This document shows, in pieces, positions 13,141-29,800 of a stretch of 64,000 nucleotides of DNA. Position numbers and translations under genes: made by a program. Numbering within the stretch: the first letter of the stretch is position 1; every line of letters starts with the position of its first letter. The notes beneath the pieces are model-generated. The model was not told the origin of the DNA and made no database searches. It saw only the letters and a program-made list of their open reading frames with translations. Source of the stretch: the human T2T-CHM13v2.0 reference genome, Homo sapiens. Location of the stretch: the NCBI RefSeq assembly GCF_009914755.1, contig NC_060933.1; one strand, given 5' to 3'.

Positions 13141-16100
13141 GTGCACATTCTCTGAGTATTGCTGTCTTAGTCTGATCCTTGGGCTTCCTCTGCAGTTTAA
13201 AGTTATTTTCAGCTCTCAGTGCTGTGAATTACCAGAAAGGGCCATGAAAGTTTCTCTTCTTAGCAGTTGCCTGTAAATGAAGGTCTACAGAAGTGCTGGC
13301 GGAGGAGGCTGCCATGCTGTTTAGAATTCAATTGTCTCTTTGGGGGTTGGTGAGATGGATCCTTAGGTTTTAGTTTTAACAAATGGCACCTCTTCCTTAG
13401 GAGATTTTTGCCTCTTCCTAGTTAGGATTGAGGAAGCAGTGGGGAAAGGCACACCCCTGTCAGCAACCTCATGGGTTGGGTTTCTTGGGTTTCACCAACT
13501 CTGGTGTGCTGGCCCCATAGTTCTTTCCTAGTATAACAGGGCTCTCCTGGGGGCATTTGGGTCCCACCCCAGATTAGATGACTGGACTTGCCTTGCTGGT
13601 ACCCCAACACCAGCCCCTCTGGAAATAAGAGGCCTCCTCTGGGCAGAATTCCGCTGTGGGTGGAGTACAGATCTGCGGGGCTCTCTGTAGCCTATGTTTA
13701 GCAATAGCAAGCCTCCGCTAGGCTGTCATGGTTTTCAGTTTGGTATGATTCACTCACGGCAACACTCTCTGTGGAAAGGGGCTATAAATTGTAAATTGAT
13801 ATGAGGTAATAATTGGGAAAATGATCAGACTCCATTTTTATTCCCCTCTGGGGAAGACACATATCAGGAATCACTAAAGCAGAAGGTGACAGAGGGATTT
13901 TTCAGCCTGCTTTCCAGCTTTAGTGCTGCAGTGCTTCCATCCTGATTGGAGAGGAGAGCAGCCAAATTCGGCAGGAGGCAGCCAAATTCGGCAGGAGGCG
14001 GCCAGCAGATCTAGTATCTGCTTGCCACCTTTTGCTCCAAAAAGTCTTGTCACAGAGTTGCCATGGCAGCAGGAGGCAATTTAATGGCAAAGGCTCATCT
14101 CTGGATCAGCGCTGCTGTTCCCCAGCCATTCCCTCTCTAGCCTTCAATTCGAGGGGCTGGCCATACCAGGGTATCACTGTTCCGTGGCCATTTGAGTACG
14201 TGTTGCCTAATGGAAGAGCTGTAAGATCTTCCAGATTCTAAGGACGGCTACATTTTCTATCCCCTGCTTCTCCTTGGTGCATAGCTCTTTGATACCCCAT
14301 CCTATAGTCGACTTTATCAGATTATTTGCAGTTCCTTAAATATGCTCTTTCATGATTCTGTGCTTTTAGACATGCAGTTTTCTCTGCCTAGAGTGCTCCC
14401 TTCCCCATCTGTCTGGAAAATTCCTACTCAATTTCAAAATATGGCTTAGATACTGCCTCCTCCTCCTTAATGGTTTCTCTAACCCCTTATCCTCCATGCA
14501 GAATTACACAATTTCCACTGACATCTCAGCCTTGCCTCCTATCACATGGTTTTTAAATGACTGTATATATTTTTGTGTGTTCTTCTCTAGACTGTAACTT
14601 ACTTGCATTCAAGAACTATATTTTATGAATTTGGTATCCAAAGGGTCTGGCCCAGGAGTATACACCTAGTAATGTTTGTTATAAATGAAGTTTTTCTTAT
14701 CCTATTTAATTCCTGTCACGTGAGTGTTGCATACCACATAGAGTACAGCCCTATATCATGTACAGGTAGGGCTTTGTCTGTCAGGGATCCCAGAAGATTA
14801 GGGATCTCCAGGGATCCCAGAAGATTGCACTGATTTAATCAACTGACTTGCTGGTCTGTAACTCACTTTCCTTTGCATTTATTCTCACTTTACAGTTTGA
14901 ACTGGAAAGTTAGGTTAGTCACCCAGCTTGCCAGTCAGTTCCATCATTTGTTGAATTAGGATGTTGTGAGGCTAAAGCCTGTAATGCTTTGTGACTCAAA
15001 GTAAATTATTGGTGAATCTTATTTTCTTTACCTTCTCCTATCTTCAGTAAAGAAAGTAAAAGCAAAACAGAAGTTTAAACCAGTTTTAAACCTTCTATGG
15101 CATCATATCATTCATTTTAATCTTGCTCTGAGTGCAGCTTTAAAAGTCACTTCTTTTCTGACTCTTATCCTTTTTCCTGAGTTTCAGTGATATAATGTCC
15201 CACCTTTGTCTCGTTTCCCTGTTTTCATCTTTGGTGCATCTGTCCTCCTCGTTCACCTTGTAGACAGAGCATTTTATTCAGACATCTCTCCTTTTCCTGC
15301 CTGTTGGGATAATTTGTTATTGTATCTCAAAAATATCCATTTAAAAATAAACCTTTTCCTCTTCCTCAGATAATTTCTGGAAACCACCCCAACTGTAATA
15401 AATACACATTTACATGCCTTACCAGCTGTCCTCTGTAATGTTTGCTTTGCAGTTTGGTCTGAGCATTTTTCTCCATTCCCATCTACCTTTTAAGTTCAAA
15501 GCTTACTTAGGCTGTTTTGCAATTCCCTTTGCAAATGCATTTCTGTATCATCTGATCATGCTATGTGCATATTGTATATGCCAATGCCTGCAGGTGTCTA
15601 GGCTGTTTTGTTTATAGAGTATTTTTCTGTTACTGCTTCTTGTCTTTCATTCTCACTTTTGGTATTTTATTTATTCCTGTTCCTCTAAAGGATATGAAAC
15701 TTAAAGCTGTATTTAAGTTATTAATAAGCTTAGTAAAAGATTCACTGAGGATAACAACGACAAACTTGCTCTTAACTTAGGTTTATGGATTATCTGTGAC
15801 ATGGGCTCTCCACCTTGGAGATGGCATAGGGAAGGGGGAGGTATGGAGGCCAAGGCACATAATCAGAGTTGGCCTGAGAAGCTTTTTCAAAATGTATGTG
15901 CTGCATCTCTTTCCTGATCCTTGCCCTGTTGGGAGTGAAAGTAGGTGGATACTGCGTGTTACCCTCTCAGCTGAAATACTCATCTGTAGTTTTCAGTTAC
16001 AATAATCTGGTTTGTCAATACCATGCTTATTACGATTATTTGTTTCATTGTCTAAAAATAAAACTATCAGTTCATTTTGTTTAAAGTGAAAACTGAAAAA

Positions 16101-16664
16101 CTAATGTAAGCATTTATTTACCTGGTTAAGGACATTTTCCAATCAAAAGGCAAGAAAGTGCAGTTTTAATAAATCATAAATTGGTTTGATACAAGCACTT
16201 GGCCTCCTATAAATATTCAGTTAAATATGAATTAGTTAAAGTATAATTACTTTTAAGCATGTTGCCATGGATTGGATGAACTTCAGAATGCTGGAAACAG
16301 AATATTCAAAGTTAATAGAGAACAGTTAAATTTACTAATGATATTTGTAGGAAATATTTTGGAATAGTGCAGAATGGAAACAGTGAAACTCAGAATCAGA
16401 GGTACTATGTTTGAATTCATGCTTTGGCACCTACTAGCTCTCTTGGGCCTGGTGGTTAGGCCTCAAGGCCTCAGTTTTAACATCTTTGGAATAGTTATGG
16501 CCCCTACCTCACAGAGTTGTTGCAAAGATCAAATAAGTTCTTGAATGTGACAGTGACTAACACCTACACACCCAACAAATGTTAATAGAATCTGAACCTA
16601 AGGTCAAGGTCTGTATGTTATTTTTAACTTCATGTGTGTGCATTTGAATATGTGAAAGGCATAG

Positions 16665-17020
<356 letters not shown>

Positions 17021-17439
17021 TAGACTATGGAAGGCAGGTAAGATACAGAGTGTAAACATGTGATGTATGTGAGTGTGTATTTCTTGAAGATGTGTATTTC
17101 TTATTCAAATAAGTTTTTAGATCTTTTCAAACCATATACACAGGCTGAAAAATGTGCAGTGTTAATTTCACAGTGTTGTAGTCATGGTAGCATTCTTCTC
17201 ACCCTCCTGTTCTTGTTTTCTTTGTGCTGGATCTGTTTTGGGGGCCTACTTGGTTCTCAAGGGTAATGACCTTACCCTTAGTCATGAATACTCCTACACA
17301 GATTTTTTTTTCCTAAATGAAAACCGAATGTTAGTATTGTATCCCTGTTTTATGCCCATATAAGAAAGGGTTGAGTTTAGTTCCTTACTATGAAATGTAA
17401 GATGTATGGAAAGCAAATAGTATTCTTAATGGTAATGAC

Positions 17440-17630
17440 ACGAATCACTGAGTGCATACTATGTTAGGTGCTTTATATATATTATTGATCACATTACAAC
17501 AAACTATAAAATCGGTGATATGTAATTTTTCAGATAAGGAAACTGAGGCTCAGAAGGATAAATATATTTTCCAAGGTCAGAGAACTATTAAGAGAGAACC
17601 AGAAAGCAAGTTCACATTGGTCTGACTAAA
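17440..17630 (-). mobile_element. MIR
   Basis: ttttcagataaggaaactgaggctcagaagg core. Confidence 0.7.
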
Positions 17631-18110
17631 GCAAGGGATAAGGTTGCTGCCCAGTCACTAGCATAAATCAAAGGAATATGTTTTAAGGTATAAAAGAAGT
17701 TAGAAATATAATAGGGATACTTTTGCCCTTGGAGGAGGCTGAAGCCTACAGGACAGACAGTGTATCTATTCTCAAGAGGTTGTCATTGATCCAGCCTAGG
17801 CCCAGCAGCAAGGCCCTGGCAGCTTCTGGCTTTTTTTTCCTTTTCCCTAAGCTTCTTTTTCTACTGTGATGTGATTTCCCCAGATGGTTCTCAAGGCATT
17901 GCTCATCACTTAGAACTGTGTACTCAATGCCTCTCTCCCATCCCAGTTCCACTGCCCACCTCCCACCCCATAGAGAAACACACAACAGAATTACTGTGAG
18001 AGTTAAATGAGTTAATACATGTAAAGTGTTTAATACGGTGTCTGATAAATAGTAAGTACTCAATAAAATTGGCTATCATTTTTAAAAGTCTTTATCATTA
18101 AGTATTATTA

Positions 18111-18408
<298 letters not shown>

Positions 18409-18420
18409 GAAGTATTCTTA

Positions 18421-18490
18421 GTAGTGATGGTGGTGGTGATGGCAATGGTAGCAGTGATAGTGGTGGTGGTGGTGGTAGCAGTAGTGGTTG
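18421..18490. repeat. Degenerate (GGT/AGT)n trinucleotide repeat
   Basis: gtagtgatggtggtggtgatggc..ggtggtggtggtggtagcagtagtgg. Confidence 0.8.
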
Positions 18491-20148
18491 ATTCAAAGGT
18501 TTTGTGACACATTTCTCAAGGACCTGATTGTTCCCTGTCCAGAATCTGTCTTTGTGCAATTCATTATACAGGGTCAAAGGCATAGACATGCTTAGTCAGA
18601 CGCCCAGGATAGAAGAAGGGAGAATTAGTAAGAGAATGCTTGTTTCTACTCAGAAGTTGCCAGAAACAATTCTCTGTATGCCCTGCTTCCTTGTTATCAG
18701 CCATGGAAACAGTCCACAAAACCTACTTCTAAACCTCATCTTTCTGCCTGGCTTTTTTTCTTTCCTTCTATCTGCATAGATAGAACATTAATGGGTTTGG
18801 AGTCACTGATAGGGTCACACACACATTTTTTTTTTTTTTTCGTTTGGTAAGTTATACCTGACCTTCATGCCGGGTTCCCAGTCCCCTTGCTGCGCTGAAG
18901 TGTGCAGTGTTACTTGATCTGCAAAGGCCTCTGTAGTAGCCCCCTTTTTTTTCCTACTTATTTTTTTTTCCTTTATAGTTTCCATTTTAGCATATGTATT
19001 GACTTTACCTTTTCTGCTTTTCAGTTTGTTCTCCTAATTTTTATATTAGGTTATATTTCCTGTTCCAGATTTGAAACCACATTTTGCATAGCAACAGAGT
19101 TTAACTGTGTGAAAGGCTATTGACAGATGCATGATTTTATAAAACTTCCTATGGACTCAGTGGAATTGAACCCTGGCTGGAGATTCATTTTAGGTGGAAG
19201 CATTCCTTCTTGTACTCCCTTCCTTGATCCGTGTTATTGCACTTAGCTTATCTCAATTGAGAATGTTTAGCCCTTACTTTCTCTTTGAGCAAATGTTAGC
19301 ATCTACAATCTTTATCATCTCATCTACTTTATAACATTAAAAATACATGCTTTGGCGTGCTTTCTAATTAATCTTCCCTTTTCTAAAATACAAGTATACA
19401 GGATGTAAAGGGTATAATTTCAGATTTGGGGATTATTTTATCTATCTGTAATGGACAGTATTTAAACTATTAATAAACAATATTTACTGCCGTTATATCA
19501 GTTCAAAAGTAATTGGCATTCTTTCTAAAGATGCGGATTCTGAAAGGTAAAATAAATTAAAAATCACTTTATTTTAACACCCAGCGATGACTGTAGTTGA
19601 AATGTTGGTGTATTTCCCTCTGGTCCCCATTTAACTTTGTATATTCAGTTGTATATATTCATTGATATCTATAATATATATTCATTTTTGGAATTATATA
19701 ATTCTGTTCATATGAATTATATATAATGAATGAATTACATTTATTAACTAAAGTTTACAGTTTATATATAAACTGTTATTCATGCTGTATTATATAGCAG
19801 TATTATGATATTCCAATAATTTTTTTTGGTACAAGTTTGACAAAATAAGAAAAAATTAATGATTTGAAGAAAACTAAAATAGATGATTTCTGATTATGAA
19901 ATATGCATGTGCACAATACAAACATTTAAATATTAGAAAAATAGATCATGAAAATTATAAGTCCTACAATTCCCCTATTCCCACTGTTAGTCTGTTAATA
20001 AGCAATTTTTTTAAAATGTATTTATGATGAGATTTTTATCGTGGAGGAATGTGGAATAGATGTTCTTTGCTCTAGGCTTAGTCAAATATGCAGGGACCCA
20101 CAATGTGTTTTGTGAAGTAATATCTCAGTTTTTTTCTCCATGCTTTAG

Positions 20149-20285
20149 GTATGTATTCTTTTTGGATCCATGCAACCTGGACTTGATAAACCGGAAGATT
20201 AAGTCTGTAGCACTGTGTGTAGCAGCGTGTCCAAGGCAAGAACTGAAAACTCTGAGTGATGTTCAGAAGTTTGCAGAGATAAATG
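20149..20285 (+). CDS. SLC44A1: SLC44A1 exon 4 (137 nt): (K)[45 protein letters not shown](G)
   Basis: Acceptor tttttctccatgctttag|G, donor AATG|gtgaga; phase 2 to phase 1. Confidence 0.97.
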
Positions 20286-20426
20286 GTGAGACATTAGGCC
20301 ATCCAAATCTATGTCCTGTCACCTTGTTCTCTTTGTTAAATATAAATTTGCCCTAGTGTTAAATAAATTATCAAGGAACCTTAGATAATTGAAGTAATTT
20401 TGGACTTCCTTGCTAAAAAATATTAT

Positions 20427-20575
20427 AGTCACCCAGGGAGCTTGTTAAACTCCAGATTCCTGGGCCCCTCCCTGGGCAAAATTCTGACTGAGTGGGTCTT
20501 TGTGCTCTGGAAGTTAGTATTTTTAAAATAAATATCTCAGGTGACTTTGATGTAGTCTATCGAGTATTTGGAAAT
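20427..20575. mobile_element. MER5-like hAT-Charlie MITE
   Basis: tcacccagggagcttgttaaa..cagattcctgggcccctccc..ctcaggtgactttgatg. Confidence 0.7.
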
Positions 20576-20704
20576 TACTAAACCACTCTATGTAAAATTT
20601 ATTTCTTGTTCCCCCTTCCCAAGTATTGGTTAAAAGTATTTCAATTCACATATATAAAAATTGAAATAAGTTTTATATGTTGAAACAATATATATACATA
20701 CATA

Positions 20705-20718
20705 TGTGTGTGTGTGTG

Positions 20719-20749
<31 letters not shown>
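20705..20749. repeat. (TG)n microsatellite, interrupted once
   Basis: Seen directly. Confidence 0.95.
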
Positions 20750-20751
<2 letters not shown>

Positions 20752-21784
20752 CTCCCTGGTTAGCAATGTAACATATGCATATTATAGGAAATTTGGAAAG
20801 TTCAGAAAAAATAAGAAGTAGAAATTTAAATTCTAGCATCAGTACTTTTTCAATGAGTCGGTGTGTATATAGTTTTGTGTTCTGCTTTTTAAATTTAACG
20901 TTCTGTCATAGCTCTTTTTCTGATAATAATTGTGAGCAACTTTGAGGCTAAAGATAGAGGAATTAGCTGAGAAAACTAACATAGTTTCCTGAAATCTAGC
21001 TCTGTTCTCTGAGGCATTTTATCTCTAGTACCATCCTCAGGTCCACATGGCTTGCCTCAGTTCTCTTCAGAGAATCGTTTTTTTAACCACCCTTTGTAGA
21101 GGCCTATCTTTTTGAATTTCCTTGAGGTTTCATGCTTGTATTTTGTGTGTAGGAATCCTCAGAGCTGCCTTGATCCTGCCCAGATCCACAGGCTAGTGCT
21201 GGTTGCTTGGAACAAGGAACGACCCAGGTATCCAGTGGGTACAACTTCTAGCTGGGTGGACAGACAGCATGGAACCATAGCTCTACACACACTAGCATGG
21301 CTCCAGTGTCTTCCAGTTGGGGATGCTAGCCTTCTGAAGGCAGGAGGACTGCAGCCTCCCAGGCTGGCAGTATCCCTGTTCCGTTGTTCCATGCCCTCAG
21401 CATAGGATAACATGGGTTGATTTGGGTCTGGATTCCAGTGCTGACTGTCACTGACTGGCTCTGTAATGAGGGTAAAGGGTAAAAGTTCTCTGAGCCTAGG
21501 TTTCCTCATCTGAAAAAATGTGGATTAAAAATAATACTCCCTCATAAGTTGTTATGAAGATTAAATAAGATGATGTATGAAGAATACTGGACACTTGGTA
21601 GGTACTTGAATAAAGAAGTGCCAACCACTCTTCACGATCTCATTTTTTATTCCCATATTGTATCCCCACATGTGTTGTTGCTGAGCCTCATACCAGCCTC
21701 AACATTATAAGGTTTCTTAGGGAGGGGTGAGCCCTTCCTTAAGGGTTTTTCCAGAATTTTAGACAATGTGAGTATACTCTGACA

Positions 21785-22060
21785 AGTGGTGTGGTTGAGT
21801 GGTTAAAAGTATATGCTCCGGAGTCCTATTGTTTGGGTTCAGATGTTGCTCCTACCACTTACTGGCTGTGAGACCCTGGGCAAATTACTTGACTTCTCCT
21901 TGCCTCAGTTTCCACATCTATGAAATAGGGACGATATTCATACCTAATATACTTCATAGGATGGTTATGAGGACTTGATACATGAACAATGCTTAGAACA
22001 GTATCTGGCAAATATTAAGTTGCTAAGAAAAATTATTGGCTGCTGCTATTATCATAATTA
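21785..22060 (+). mobile_element. MIR
   Basis: ccacttactggctgtgagaccctgggcaaattacttgac..cctcagtttcc. Confidence 0.8.
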
Positions 22061-22993
22061 TTATTATTCCACTAATGGAATGTAATAGTCTTTCTGCCTC
22101 TAGTCTCTCTCTAATTTTAGCTCTCTTACATACTACTGACATATTAACATTCCTAGAACTTCAATCAATGCTAACCCCTTGCTCGGAAATCATCCATAGT
22201 AAAAAATAAAAGTCTGTATGTCTTATGCTATCATTCAAAGCTATGATCTAGTCTTGAACTGTCTTCCAATATATCTTCTCAAAAAACCCACTGGATGTGA
22301 GTCTTGGTCCCTTGAACCTGAGCTGTCATCTGGAGGGCTAGAAGAGAACTAGGTCCTTATTGGCGGTGTGGCCTGCTGAGATGTTCACTGGAGGAGAGAT
22401 GCCCTATGGTCCCCTGCTGGTATGCTTTGTTTCCAGGCTGGTATCCTTCTAAGTGAATATGATACTGACTGTGGCCTGTTCAGGTCTAGTTAAGAAGACC
22501 CTCCTGGTGGGTTTTACAGCTTTGTATTTCTCACTGTGTCTTGCACAAAGTAGGTGCTCAAGATGTATTAATGAATAAACATTATTTCAGCAAACAGACT
22601 TCTTAAATTGGTGCCTAGCTACAAAGGCACCATTAGGGTTTTGTGCCAGCTGTATGAATAGTAAGTCAATAAGGTAGCCATAAAAAATGACAGCATCCAG
22701 AAGCACAACAATGGAGGATAGAGAAGACAAAATTTTAACAGGCAAATAGAAAAGCTGTAAAATTATATCAGAGAGAGAGCCTTTTGTATAGAGGCCTAAA
22801 TACCTTATTTGAGTAGCAACCCTAAGTTGAAATTTCTGAATTTCTCAAAAGAACCTATCCTGCTGTTTAAATTGGTGACTTAAAACTAGACCTGGTAATA
22901 AGATTTAATTCCAATATTATCCTTATCACTGAGAAAATTATTTCTCTGCTTTTTGCATTATTTTTCCTTCTTTTGTCTTTTTAAGTTATCTGG

Positions 22994-23298
<305 letters not shown>

Positions 23299-23534
23299 AT
23301 TCAGTTATCCTCTCAATCATTTGAGGTGCAAGTTGATTCAAGAGTAGCAAATAATTTTTATTAGAATCTATGTCTGCATGTTGTTACAGCATATTTCTGT
23401 TAGAAAATACACAGACCCTTTAGCCTCAAATATATAGACCTCAATCATTAATTTCAGAGAGGAATATCTTTAATATATAATTCAAACTTAAGTGGGAAAT
23501 TTTCAAATCAGTAAGAGGGGCTAGTTAAAGGTCC

Positions 23535-25150
<1,616 letters not shown>

Positions 25151-25529
25151 TAAGTTCATGAAAGAGTCCCACTTGAGGTAGTAACAGTTTAAGTGCTAAT
25201 TTTATACCTTATTTTAAGATGCAAGGCAATATAACATGTTTCTTACTAGAATGAGAAGATAATATAAATGCTTTTCAAAGAATTTTAAGTTTCCATGACA
25301 ACATTTGAAAGTACTTTTTAGCACTTACAACCATCCATTCACATGAAATTTTATTACCTCTAGAAATTAAAGGGGAAGAAGCTCTCAGTTCCTATGGTGG
25401 TGGTTGTAAGAAATCTATTTACTAGGCAAATAAATTATTTCCTCAAATCTTTGTTTCTTTTAAACAAGAAAAAGGAGTTGTTTTCTTGGGCACTTAGAGT
25501 TTGTGGAATGCCCCTGTCAAGTATGACTA

Positions 25530-25977
<448 letters not shown>

Positions 25978-26711
25978 CTAGTACATGAGTTGGGTCGTGG
26001 GGTACAAATGTGCATTTATTTTTATGGTTCATAATTCATATAACACAAATATTATAAATACATAATGCTAGAGAAGAAAACAGTTTAAAAATTGCCTTTA
26101 AAAAATTGAAGTTGCCAAATACCATAAGGACTCAGTATCATACTTCTTGCAGTTGTGTATGAATTTCCTAGGGGCAAGCTCATGCTCTATTCATCTAGGA
26201 ATATCCAGGCCCTAATATAGAGGCTCACGCAGTAGATAAGTAGATATCCATAAATGTTTTTTGAAAGAATGATGGGCTGGATTTCCCTGTTCTATTCTAT
26301 TGCCACTTAATAATTTCTCATTCTCACAGAACACTTTATCCTCAATTCTGTATCTGTGTGAGTTGACACCAGCAGGTAAATTGTTCTCCAGTCTAACCAG
26401 TATTTCTGTAAAATCAGTTATTTTTATTCATCTCTAAATAACTCATTTTATTCATTCATTTATCTCCCTTATACATACTATCCAAGTGATTATTCATATC
26501 TCTTCTTCTCTTAAGCCCTCTTGTTTGTACTCTTTCCAAAACTTATGCCCTACAGAGAAAACTGAAACCATCTGGTGAATGCTCTCATCTGAGTTCTTAT
26601 TTTCAGCAGGGCATGAATTCCATCTTACTTTCACTTTCCTTCTCTTCAGTCTGATGAACAGGCTACTTTCCTCCTTATTATAATTATTTTTGAAAATTCA
26701 AATAACACATA

Positions 26712-27067
26712 CGGTAGTTCTCCCTTATCCATAGTTTTACTGTTCAATTTCAGTTATCCATGGTCAATTGCAGTCTGAAAATATTTAATGGAAAATTCCA
26801 AAAATAATTCATAAGTTTTACATTGTGCACTTTGCTTAGTAGCATGATGAAATCTTGCACGGACCTGCCCCATCCCACCCAGATACAGATCATCCCTTTG
26901 TCCAGCATATCCACACTGTGTATGCTACCCACCAGTTAGTCTCTTAGTAGCCCTATCAGTTATCAGATCAAAAAGACATAGCATATAGAGGGTTTGGTAC
27001 TATCCACAGCTTCGGGCATCCACCGAGGGGTCTTGGAATGTATTCCCATGGATCAGAGGGAACTATG
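26712..27067. mobile_element. MER44A-like Tigger (Tc1/mariner) MITE
   Basis: TIR-like ends cggtagttctcccttatcca...tggatcagagggaactatg flanked by TA; body resembles recalled MER44A. Confidence 0.85.
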
Positions 27068-27443
27068 TACATTGTAGTGGGAGAGGAGAATCTCCCTCCT
27101 TCAGCTTTCATCTCAGCCCAGCCATACCAAGACAGGTGGTGAAGGGAAGGGGAAGACAATGCCTGCTCAGACAGTTCTTCTCCTTTCTCTCTCCCCACTC
27201 TAATTCTGACGCAGCATCTCTGGTCCATAGACCACCCTTCACTTCACTCCACTGTCCCCATTGTTCAGCATGGGCATCTGAATTGGAATAGAAACATCAG
27301 ACGTAAGCCCTGAGTTTTGTTTCAACATACCATTTATTGGTAGCTATTGTATGCCATGGACTGCACCAGATGCTTTGCGTATTGTTTTGATTTTTGCACT
27401 TGCTATCTAAGTTCTAAATGGCAGTTTAGAAATGAGCACAATC

Positions 27444-27590
27444 TTCCAAGTGTAGTGATGCGTGCCTGTATTCCCAGCCTACTGAGAGGCCAAGGCGGGA
27501 GGATCACTTGAGCTCAGGAGTTCAAGGCCAGCCTGGGCAACATAGCAAGATCCTTGTCTCTAAAAAAAAAAAAATATATATATATAAATA
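27444..27590 (+). mobile_element. FLAM Alu monomer
   Basis: Single left arm plus A/AT tail; TSD about AGAAATGA.CA.AA. Confidence 0.85.
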
Positions 27591-28904
27591 AATAGAAATG
27601 AACATAACCTGTGAGTAAGTTAGGGGCTGACTATAGATTCTCAGTGCTAATAGTTCACATGGAATTTTTATTACCGTTTCCATTATTCTTATCAAAGTGT
27701 TTTATAATACATGTTTTATCTTCCCTAACACAGTAGTAAAGTCTGGCAGAAATCTTATTTTCCTTTTGTTTGCCTCCCATTTATAGTATGTGGAAAAAGC
27801 ACTCCCATTTATGAGTGCTTCTTCAATGTACTATATTTTGAAAAAAAATTTGAGAGCTTTATAATCTGCCCTTGAGATAATGTTCACATTTTGAGTAGAG
27901 CCATGAAGCTTGTGTTTTCTTAATGATTACTGTTTAGCCATTAAAAACTTTAACAGATTATGTGATCTATTCAGATAATGCTAATTGTGAATACTAATAA
28001 GTCTTTTTGATTATTGTTATCTGGTTGTTAGATTAATCAGTATCAATAGATGATCAGTATATTACCCTTTTTCTTACCAGTCAGTATGAATAAAATTTAA
28101 ACCCCAGAGTAATTATGTATTCTTTTTAGCACAGTAAGTCAAAAGATTTGACTTGATATCATTTATAAATGAATGAAATGATCAACTCTAGCAACCGAAT
28201 TAATTGTCTCCAAGTCAGAGATCAGCAATGATGCTTGGTTGTTTAAAAAGAAGGAAGATCCTTACATTTGATAATGCAGTTTAAACTAATTCTTTCATTC
28301 AACAAATACTTAGTACCCATTAAGTATGCATCAGATACAAAGTACAGTCCCCACATTTAAGGAGTTTGCAGTATAGTTGAGTCAGAATTCTCCTTTTCCT
28401 CCACAACACCTAGTAGAAGTCTTGTACATAGATGTTCAAAATTAATTCACTCAGCAAATATTTATTATGTGTGCCTAGTGTGTGCCAACAGTGGTTGACA
28501 GACGATGCCACATTCTTACCTGGCTAATTTCTGTAGGTGGATGCTTCTTGGGAATTGCAAATATGTCCATATTTTTCATGGGTTACTAGGAATTAAAATT
28601 GGAAAATTATCTTCCATTCTCCCAGCATGTAGTGTTTCTTAATTAGTGAAAAAGAGGTTAAATTCATTAGACATCACAAGGCAATGGAAATCTTTCATAA
28701 TAAAAACTGTTCTGCATTGAGAGACTTTCTTATTAATTGCAAATTTTTAAATCATATTTTAAGGAATATTTTTCCTTAATTTTAATCTATCCTGCAAATA
28801 TTGTGGTGGTAAATTAAACAAAATTTTAAAGCAAGAAAAATTAGCCCCCAGCATAGAAACTCTTTGTTTTGTATCTTTATTTCAAATAATGTGATGTTTT
28901 AAAC

Positions 28905-29128
28905 CATTGGTTCACAATTAAAAGTGCTTTTGCCTCCTCAAAGATAATTGGCAATGTCTGGAGACATTTTTGGCTGTCACACTGGGTGAGAGCTTAGGGG
29001 GAGGCTACTGGAATCTTGTGGATAGAGGCCAGGGATGTTGCTAAACATCTTGCAATGCACAGGACAGCCCCCTACAACCAAGAATTGTCCAGCACAAAAT
29101 GTCGTAATACCAAGATTGAGGAATGTTG
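28905..29128. mobile_element. MER20 hAT-Charlie element
   Basis: ttggcaatgtctggagacatttttggctgtcac..gaggccagggatgttgctaaacatcttgcaatgcacaggacagcccc. Confidence 0.9.
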
Positions 29129-29239
29129 TTTTAGGTAGTATATTTGTAGCAAATGGTGAAAAGCATCCGAACATTGTATATAACATATAACACCAAAACA
29201 TAAGATATTAAAAACAGTTATTTCATTTTTTCTCCACTC

Positions 29240-29800
29240 AGGATATCTGTTTTATTCAACAGAAGGCTTTGGATGACATCTATGTATCAGGAAATATAGG
29301 TTCCAGACATTTCAAAGGCATAAGGTTCGAGTTCTCAAAGAGTTTGCATTATAAAAATAGAGATGATATATAAACAAAAAATTACAAAAGAATATGCCAT
29401 GTTTTATCATAGAGCTAAGTAGTAAATAGCTTTGTTGGGTTGGTCAGAGAAGGCTTGACAGAAGAGATGAAGTTTGAGTAGTGTGTAGAAATTCTGCTCA
29501 GACGTCAACACTCAGGTGCTAGCTGGGAAAGGACAGCGCAAGCAGAGGGAACAGCATGTGTGAAAGCCTGGAAGCTTGTTAAACAGCAAGCATTGATTGT
29601 ATGTTGTTTATTATGTTGAGATGAGTCTGGAGTTTTAGGTAGAGACCTGCTTTAGGAGGACCTTGAATCCAGGATATTTGGACTTCATCCTGAGGATAGA
29701 GATATGATATGACTAATCTGCATTGTACAAAGACCATTCTGATGGTTATATGCAGAATGGAGATGAGAAACACTTTACAGTATTTTAACTGACACAGTAG
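29240..29800 (-). mobile_element. L2 fragment
   Basis: tggtcagagaaggcttgacagaagagatgaagtttgag..gcagagggaacagcatgtgtgaaag. Confidence 0.65.

Noticed and set aside
13998-14016. CTCF motif (GGCCAGCAGAT...)
   Set aside because: Only the 5' half matches; the GGC/GGGGC core is missing.
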